A DNA stretch of 32,000 nucleotides from Gemmata obscuriglobus. Its GTDB lineage: Bacteria > Planctomycetota > Planctomycetia > Gemmatales > Gemmataceae. The notes under the pieces were generated by a model. The model was not told where the DNA came from and searched no databases. It was given only the letters and a program-made list of their open reading frames with translations. Below, one piece after another: positions 15,998 to 22,063 of the stretch. Both the position numbers and the translations under genes were made by a program. Numbering within the stretch: the first letter of the stretch is position 1; every line of letters begins with the position of its first letter. Location: the NCBI RefSeq assembly GCF_008065095.1, contig NZ_CP042911.1, positions 2,310,001-2,342,000 of the forward strand. Direction: 5' to 3'.

Positions 15998-18373
15998 CTA
16001 CGAAAACACACACACGCCGTCGCACCAGTCGGCTGCGATTACCTTCCCGTCTGTGATCGGGTTCGCGAGCAGCCATCGGGCGAGAGGGGCAACCACCTCG
16101 CGCTCGATCGCGCGCTGGAGCGGTCGTGCCCCGTACCGCGGGTCAAATCCCACCTCGGCGAGACGCTCCACCAGTCGCTCCGACCACCGCACCGCGGCCC
16201 CGCTGCGCACCAGCCCCTCGCGGGCGGCGATGGACTCCAACTCGCGCCGGGTGATGGCCCGCACGGACGCCGGGAGCAGTGACCGGAACGTGACTACGGC
16301 GTCCATCCGGTTGAAGAACTCCGGGCGGAAGAACTTCATCGCGGCGTCCTGGTACCGCACCCCCGAATCCGCACCGAACCCCACCGCGCGCGACTGCCCG
16401 GCCCCGAGGTTCGAGGTCATGATGATGATCGTGCTGCGGAAGTTGGTGACGCGGCCGTACTGGTCCGTGAGCCGGCCTTCATCGAACACGCCCATGAGCG
16501 TGTCGAACACGTCCGCAGCCGCCTTCTCGATCTCGTCCAACAGCAGCACGCTGAACGGCTGCTGGCGCACCCGCTTCACCAACTCGCCGGGCTCGCCGCG
16601 GGGCGGCCCGAGCAGCCGGTACACCGCGTCGAACCCGCCGTACTCGCTCATGTCCAGCCGGATCAACCGCCGGTCCCGTGCGGAATGCGGAATTCGGGAT
16701 TCGGAATGCGGAGAGGCGGTACCGCTGCTTCGTTGGTTTTCCTGCTGCAATTCCGCATTCCGAATTCCGCGTTCCGAATTACTTCCCCCGTGTCCGAAGA
16801 AGTAGTCGGCGAGCGCCTGGGCCATGTGCGTTTTGCCGACCCCCGTCGGACCGCAGAACAGCATCACCGCGGGCGGGCGGTTCGGGTCGTTCAGCCCCGC
16901 CTTCACGGTCATCACGACGTTGGTGGCGGCCTCGCACGCCTCCGGCTGGTCGATGACGCGCGCCCGGAACCAGCTCCGCACGTCGTCGCGCTGGAGCGTG
17001 ATCTCGTCGCGCAGGAACAGCTCCGGTAGCCCGGTCTGCCGGCGGAACCGGTCCACCACCGCGGTCGGGGTGACCGGCTTCTTGCCGTCGCGGACGTGTT
17101 CGTCTACCAACTGTCGCGCGAACCCGGACGCGGGGCCGGGGAACGCCGCGTAGGGCATGAACCGCCGGAACAGGCGGACGATGCGCTCGCCGGTCCCGCG
17201 CTCGACCTCTACCCCGGGACCGCTCGCGGACGCGTCGAGCTGCCGGTCGATGACCGACAGCGCGGTGGCACGGTCGAACGGTTCGACGCGGACGATCTGG
17301 AACAGGTCCGGTAGCCCGGGCATGAGCCGGTGGCACGCGTCCAACTCCGCGGGCGTTACCTCGGCGATCATGCGCAGTTCGCCGCGGGCGAGGTACGGGA
17401 CCAGGAACGCCGCGATGCTGTCGGTGGGGCCGAGCCCGCCGGTGCGCACGAGTTCCAGCAGCCGCTCCGCGCACAGGACGCCGTTGATTTCGCCCAGTTC
17501 CGCAATCAGCGACTCGACGCGCTCCTCCCACTGCCCGAGGTACCGCATCCCGGCGACGATGCGGCCGGCGGACGTGAGCCAGAACTTCCGCTTCTGCGGC
17601 CGCGGTTCGTCGGCGTCGCGAGAGCGGTTGGTGTCGGCGAGGGCTTTCTTCTCGGCCTCCCGGACGGCGTCGACCATGAGCGTGGTTTTGCCGACGCCCG
17701 CCTCGCCCAGGAGCAGCACGTTGGCCTTTTCGTGGTGCAGCTTGCGGACGAGCGCGGCGAGGTCGGCTTCGCGGCCCCAGGCGCGGGCGTAGCCCTTGCG
17801 CACCGCGCGGTCGCCGACCGGTTCGGCCACCTTCGCCAGCGTGGGCGGCGGGGGTACCGTGAGCGGGCCGCCTGGCGGTTCCTTCGGAACGGGAACGACG
17901 AGCTCGAGCAGCTCGGCCTCGACCGGCGGCAGGTACGCGCCCACCTCTTCCGGCGTCAGCCCTTCGAGCTTCTGCGAGACGTACCGCTCGACGAGCTTTT
18001 CGAGTTCGGTCCCGTTGGGGTAGTCGAACCGGAGCCCGAGCAGCGGCAGGTCCGCGGCGAACTGACCGCTCTTGCGGGTGCCGACGACGCACGGCACCCG
18101 CACCGGCACCTCGGCGTCCGTGGGGTACAGCCGGTTCTTCCCCTTGTACTCGGGCCGCACGTTGACGGTGAACCAGCGCAGCTCGGGCTCGCCGAAGTCC
18201 GGCGCCTCGGCGTGCTCGTCCTTGCGGTGCAGCCAGCGCAGGTACTCCTTGAGGTCGTCGCGGGCGTCGTTGGCGGTCTTGCCGAACCCGGTGGTGCCGA
18301 GGTCCAGCGCGATCGCGGAGTGCCCGCCGGCGGCGTCGCGACAGAGCAGGGCGTGGTAGCGTGCGGTGGGCAT
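15998..18373 (-). CDS. Clp/Hsp100-like double-AAA+ ATPase, paralog A (791 aa, no C-terminal extension)
   Basis: Starts at ATG 18373 (MPTARYHALL). D1 P-loop: LLLGEAGVGKTT. D1 small-domain motif: RFMPYAAFPGPA (compare the ClpA/B LPDKAID motif). D2 motifs: FCGPTGVGKT, LLLDEIEKA, MTSNLG, FRPEFFNRMD, GARPLQRAI. There is no ClpB-type M-domain. Confidence 0.85.
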   Translation of the reverse strand: MPTARYHALLCRDAAGGHSAIALDLGTTGFGKTANDARDDLKEYLRWLHRKDEHAEAPDFGEPELRWFTVNVRPEYKGKNRLYPTDAEVPVRVPCVVGTRKSGQFAADLPLLGLRFDYPNGTELEKLVERYVSQKLEGLTPEEVGAYLPPVEAELLELVVPVPKEPPGGPLTVPPPPTLAKVAEPVGDRAVRKGYARAWGREADLAALVRKLHHEKANVLLLGEAGVGKTTLMVDAVREAEKKALADTNRSRDADEPRPQKRKFWLTSAGRIVAGMRYLGQWEERVESLIAELGEINGVLCAERLLELVRTGGLGPTDSIAAFLVPYLARGELRMIAEVTPAELDACHRLMPGLPDLFQIVRVEPFDRATALSVIDRQLDASASGPGVEVERGTGERIVRLFRRFMPYAAFPGPASGFARQLVDEHVRDGKKPVTPTAVVDRFRRQTGLPELFLRDEITLQRDDVRSWFRARVIDQPEACEAATNVVMTVKAGLNDPNRPPAVMLFCGPTGVGKTHMAQALADYFFGHGGSNSERGIRNAELQQENQRSSGTASPHSESRIPHSARDRRLIRLDMSEYGGFDAVYRLLGPPRGEPGELVKRVRQQPFSVLLLDEIEKAAADVFDTLMGVFDEGRLTDQYGRVTNFRSTIIIMTSNLGAGQSRAVGFGADSGVRYQDAAMKFFRPEFFNRMDAVVTFRSLLPASVRAITRRELESIAAREGLVRSGAAVRWSERLVERLAEVGFDPRYGARPLQRAIEREVVAPLARWLLANPITDGKVIAADWCDGVCVFS
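16679..16783. repeat. 105-bp palindromic element made of inverted heptamer arrays, inserted in frame in paralog A
   Basis: Left arm: five tandem heptamers gcggaat/gcggaat/tcgggat/tcggaat/gcggaga. Right arm: the inverse array caattcc/gcattcc/gaattcc/gcgttcc/gaattac. It encodes SNSERGIRNAELQQENQRSSGTASPHSESRIPHSA, which is absent at the same site in paralogs B and C. It is visibly less GC-rich than the flanking sequence. Confidence 0.7.
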
Positions 18374-18380
18374 GGCGATA

Positions 18381-18450
18381 AGGCAAAAGTGTGAAGGCAA
18401 AAGGCAAAACGCAAGGCGAGCCGCCTCACGAGTTGCTTCTTTTTTGCCTT
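18381..18450. repeat. A/T-rich spacer with a reiterated AGGCAAAA motif between paralogs B and A
   Basis: aggcaaaa occurs at 18381..18388 and 18395..18402, and ggcaaaa at 18403..18409. The inverted copy ttttgcct is at 18443..18450. The 92-bp intergenic region is clearly lower in GC than its surroundings. Confidence 0.5.
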
Positions 18451-18465
18451 TTAACTTGCTCCTTT

Positions 18466-21400
18466 TTACTTGGTTGCCCGCGGCAGTGCGGCGAGCGTGA
18501 AGGTGCGGAACACGTCGGCGAACTCGGCCCGCGACGGCAGCGGCGAGACGAGCCCGGTGCGCAGGTCCGCGACCGGTTGGCCGTCGGCGTACACGCGCAG
18601 GATCGGGCCGAACGCGAACGGGTCCGGCACCGCGCCGAGCCACCCGTCGAGCACGTCCACGCGCACCGGCACCGGGCCGCCGTGCTTCGGCAGGAACAGG
18701 TGCGTTCCGGCCTCGGCCTGTGCCAGTGCGCGGGCGTGGAGCCCCTTCAATCGCAGGGCGAGCGTTCCACGCTGTTCGGACGCGATCGGAACGTTTTCCA
18801 GTTCCAGCCCCAACCCGTGCGCCCAGACGCGCAGGTACCAGCCGTGCAGCGCGGCCGCGCCGGGGCACGCTTCGCCCTCGGGGAACCCGCGGATCAGCAG
18901 GTACACCGGCCTCTCATCGACCGGCGCCGACACCATCAGGTTCAGCAGCGCGAGCCGGTTCTCCAGGTCGAACACGTCCTGGTCGTCGGGCAGCGGTTCG
19001 GACCCCTCGAATAGCTCGCGGAGCGCCCCTTGCATGTCTTCCGACGACATCACCGAACGGAGCGGTTGGTCCCGCTCGTGCCAACCCTCACCGCGGCCCG
19101 AGCTGAGAGAGTAACGGTTGATCTTGATCGCGCGGTAACGGGCGCGGCGCCCGGTCGATTCGGGCTGGGAGGCTTCGAGGTACGAGTTGCGCCGGGCTTC
19201 GAGCCGGGCCTCGTAGGCGTCGAGTGTGCCGGCGATGGCGTCGGCCAGTTCCTTGAGCGCGAAGTAGCGCTCGTGGTCGCGCGTCACCCGCCCGGCGGTC
19301 AGTACGGTCCCCGGGCGAATGGCGTCGAGCACCGCGTCCACCTTGTCGAGCGCGTCCCATGCGGCCGATAGGCGGTCCCGGAGCGGCCGGGCGGCGCGCT
19401 CGTCGAGCGGGAGCTTGGCCGCCCATTCCGGTGCCTGCACATCAACGGCCAGTGTGCCGGCCGCGGCGCGCACCGTTACGATCGTGAGGTCGTTCACCGC
19501 GAGTGCCGCGAGCCGAGAGGCCGCGGGCTGAGTCAGTTCGTGCTCCACCGCGCGTTTCATGGCGCGGGCGCCGAGTGCAGGGTCGTAGCCCGCCTGGATG
19601 ACGCGGTCCAGCGCGTCGGGGGCGACGTTCAGCACACACTTCCGCTGGCTAAAGCCCTCGCGGGCGAGCACCTCACCCACCAGCCGCCGGGCGATCCGCG
19701 CCATCTCCTCGCGCGACAGCTTGCGGAACGGGATCACCCGGTCCAGGCGGTTGAAGAACTCGGGCCGGAAGAACTTCTCCGCCGCCCGCGTGTACGCGAA
19801 CGACCGGTCCGCTTCGGTCACGAACCCGAGGTTCCCTTCGGCGTCGCGTACGCCGAGGTTCGAGGTCATGAGGACGAGCGCGGAGGTGAAGTCCGCGGTG
19901 CGGCCGAGCGAGTCCGTCAGCCGCCCCTCGCCCAGCAGTTGCAGGAGCAGGTCGAACACCTCGGGATCGGCCTTTTCGATCTCGTCCAGCAGCACCACCG
20001 CGAACGGCTGGCGCCGGATCGCGCTCGTGAGCAGCCCTTCGGGTTGCTGGAACGTGCCCACGAGCCGCGCCGCGGCGCCGGGCTGGTTGTACTCGTTCAG
20101 GTCGAAGCGCAGCAGCCGATCAGAATCGCCGAACAGCGTGCGCGCGATGGCCTTGGCGCACTCCGTCTTGCCGACGCCCGTGGGGCCGAGGAACAGGAAC
20201 GCCGCGAGCGGCCGGTCCGGGTCGTTCAGCCGCGCCTTGGCGACGCTCACCACGTCGGCGAGGGCGTCCACCGCGTCGGGCTGGCCGATCACCTGCTCTT
20301 GAAGCTTGTCCCGGACTGCGTCGCGGTCCAGCCGCTGCTTCGGGTCGAGGAACGCGAGCGACAGCCCGCTCCGGGCGGCGAAGTCGTTCAGCACGTCGTC
20401 GCGGGTGATCTCGGGGCGCGGCGGGAACTCGTACCCGTCGGCCGGGCGCGTCGCGCTGGACCCGACCTCCGCGGCGCGTTCGTCGGGGTTCGTGGTGGCG
20501 CGCACCGCCAGGCGCGTCAGCACCGCGGCGGCCTTCCCCGGGAACGCGGCGGTGCGGTCGTAGCGGCGTTGCTGGTCGATGACCGCGGGCAGCACGTCGA
20601 GCCCGAACACGCAGGCGTGCTTGCCTTCGAGTCGCCGCTGCTGGTCCACCAGGACGCGGAGCGTGTCGGCGTCGGTCGGCTGGCGCACCGGGATGATGTG
20701 GAACAGGTCGCTGAGCCCGCGGTCCCGCTCCTGGAGCACGCGCAGGCTCTCGGGGGTGATCTCGGCGAGCACCCGCACGTCGCGCCGTTCGAGGTACGGT
20801 TTCAGGACCACCGCGGCACTGAGCGACGACTGGCTCGTGACGCCGGCGAGGAACAGGCCGAGCAGGTCGTCGAAGTAGAGCACGTGGTCGCGCTTCTTGG
20901 CGTGCTTCAGGATCGCGAGCAGCCGGCCCTCCCACTGGCCCACGTAGGACATGCCCGAGATGAGCCGCTGTGGCGACACCAGCCACGTGTTGAACCACTG
21001 CCGCTGGTTCGCCTTGCGCTCCGCGACGCGGCGGTACACGCACTCGTGGACGATGGCGGATTTGCCGACGAGGCGGGGGCCGCACAGCAGCACGGGGCGC
21101 CGGTCGCCCAGCTCCAGGAGCCGGTGGAGTTCGTTCACCTCGCGGTCGCGCAGCACGGCGCGGTCGAGTTCGTCGGGGTACAGCCAGTCGAGGCACCGGC
21201 CGACGCGACGCAGCTCGGTGGCGCCGTCCCCCGTTTCCCCGCCGCCGAGCGACAGGAAGTTGGCGGGCGGCTTCTTCGGCACCACCGCGGGCACGCTGGC
21301 GCTCAGGTCCAGCACCTGGACCCACGCCTTGCCCGACAGGGAGCCGAGTTCGGGGCGCACCTCCTCGTCAACGTCGGCGTCGCGTTCGACCCCGCGCCAG

Positions 21401-21792
21401 TGCTCCGTGTAAACCGCCTGTGCGCGGTCCTCCAGGGGCTCGCCGCGGGGCACCTCGAACCACAACTCGGGCACCGCGGGCGTGAACGCGAGCCGGCGGC
21501 CGAGGTGGTCGAACGCCAGCACGAGGTACTTGGTGCGCGCGACCCGGCGCCGCAGCTCGACATCGACGGTGGTGCGGTGCGCGGTGACGGCCGGGCAGAA
21601 CGCCCAGGCCGCGAGTTCGTCGTGCCGCTCCTTGCGGCCGAGCGCTTCGAGGTGCTCGACCAGCTCCCGGGTGAGCTTCGTGAGCAGCCGGTTGAGGTTC
21701 CCGTCGGTGCGCTCGGGGCCGCCGAAGAACAGCGGGCGCGCGGTGTACCCGTTCTTGTGCTGGAAGACGTAAATCGGGACGCGGAAGTTCAT
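18466..21792 (-). CDS. Clp/Hsp100-like double-AAA+ ATPase, paralog B (1108 aa) with a release-factor-like C-terminal extension
   Basis: Starts at ATG 21792 (MNFRVPIYVF). D1 P-loop: LLCGPRLVGKS. D1 Walker B-like motif: VLYFDDL. D2 motifs: FLGPTGVGKTE, VLLDEIEKA, MTSNLG, FRPEFFNRLD, GARAMKRAV. About 320 aa follow the D2 small domain. Confidence 0.85.
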   Translation of the reverse strand: MNFRVPIYVFQHKNGYTARPLFFGGPERTDGNLNRLLTKLTRELVEHLEALGRKERHDELAAWAFCPAVTAHRTTVDVELRRRVARTKYLVLAFDHLGRRLAFTPAVPELWFEVPRGEPLEDRAQAVYTEHWRGVERDADVDEEVRPELGSLSGKAWVQVLDLSASVPAVVPKKPPANFLSLGGGETGDGATELRRVGRCLDWLYPDELDRAVLRDREVNELHRLLELGDRRPVLLCGPRLVGKSAIVHECVYRRVAERKANQRQWFNTWLVSPQRLISGMSYVGQWEGRLLAILKHAKKRDHVLYFDDLLGLFLAGVTSQSSLSAAVVLKPYLERRDVRVLAEITPESLRVLQERDRGLSDLFHIIPVRQPTDADTLRVLVDQQRRLEGKHACVFGLDVLPAVIDQQRRYDRTAAFPGKAAAVLTRLAVRATTNPDERAAEVGSSATRPADGYEFPPRPEITRDDVLNDFAARSGLSLAFLDPKQRLDRDAVRDKLQEQVIGQPDAVDALADVVSVAKARLNDPDRPLAAFLFLGPTGVGKTECAKAIARTLFGDSDRLLRFDLNEYNQPGAAARLVGTFQQPEGLLTSAIRRQPFAVVLLDEIEKADPEVFDLLLQLLGEGRLTDSLGRTADFTSALVLMTSNLGVRDAEGNLGFVTEADRSFAYTRAAEKFFRPEFFNRLDRVIPFRKLSREEMARIARRLVGEVLAREGFSQRKCVLNVAPDALDRVIQAGYDPALGARAMKRAVEHELTQPAASRLAALAVNDLTIVTVRAAAGTLAVDVQAPEWAAKLPLDERAARPLRDRLSAAWDALDKVDAVLDAIRPGTVLTAGRVTRDHERYFALKELADAIAGTLDAYEARLEARRNSYLEASQPESTGRRARYRAIKINRYSLSSGRGEGWHERDQPLRSVMSSEDMQGALRELFEGSEPLPDDQDVFDLENRLALLNLMVSAPVDERPVYLLIRGFPEGEACPGAAALHGWYLRVWAHGLGLELENVPIASEQRGTLALRLKGLHARALAQAEAGTHLFLPKHGGPVPVRVDVLDGWLGAVPDPFAFGPILRVYADGQPVADLRTGLVSPLPSRAEFADVFRTFTLAALPRATK

Positions 21793-21872
21793 GGCGAAAA
21801 AGGCCCATTCCCGATGCTTCAGTGCCAACAAGCGACACCGCTAACCCGCAGCGAGTTCGGCGCGCGGTGCGT

Positions 21873-22057
21873 GGACCTAACCCCCCGGCCCCCTTCCCTG
21901 AAGGGAAGGGGGTGAACGCGGGTAATGCCTCCTTGGAACCGTTTAACGGTCCGGTGTGGCCCGCGTCGAAATACGACTCACGCCACACGGCTGCGCAGGA
22001 GGCGTTGCCCGCGTTCACCCCCTTCCCTTCAGGGAAGGGGGCCGGGGGGGTAGGTCC
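21873..22057. repeat. 185-bp element with 60-bp terminal inverted repeats (MITE-like or structured RNA) between paralogs C and B
   Basis: The left arm (21873..21932) is ggacctaaccccccggcccccttccctgaagggaagggggtgaacgcgggtaatgcctcc. It equals the reverse complement of the right arm (21998..22057) except for 3 mismatches. Each arm contains its own 10-bp hairpin (cccccttccc / gggaaggggg). The 65-bp centre holds further small palindromes, accgtttaacggt and ccggtgtggc..gccacacgg. Confidence 0.7.
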
Positions 22058-22063
22058 TCCCCC

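Noticed and set aside
16679-16783. Possible CRISPR array or other short-repeat locus, considered for all repeat features
   Set aside because: The heptamer arrays, the REP-like palindromes (27266..27365 and 31571..31638) and the 60-bp inverted termini (21873..22057) are inverted pairs. They are not direct repeats separated by unique spacers of regular length. No cas genes are present.
18374-18868. N-terminal extension of paralog A to the ORF-track start at 18868
   Set aside because: The extension would overlap the 3' end of paralog B by about 400 bp. It translates to an Arg/Ala/Gly/Pro-rich string. The internal ATG at 18373 gives an N-terminus homologous in pattern to those of B and C.
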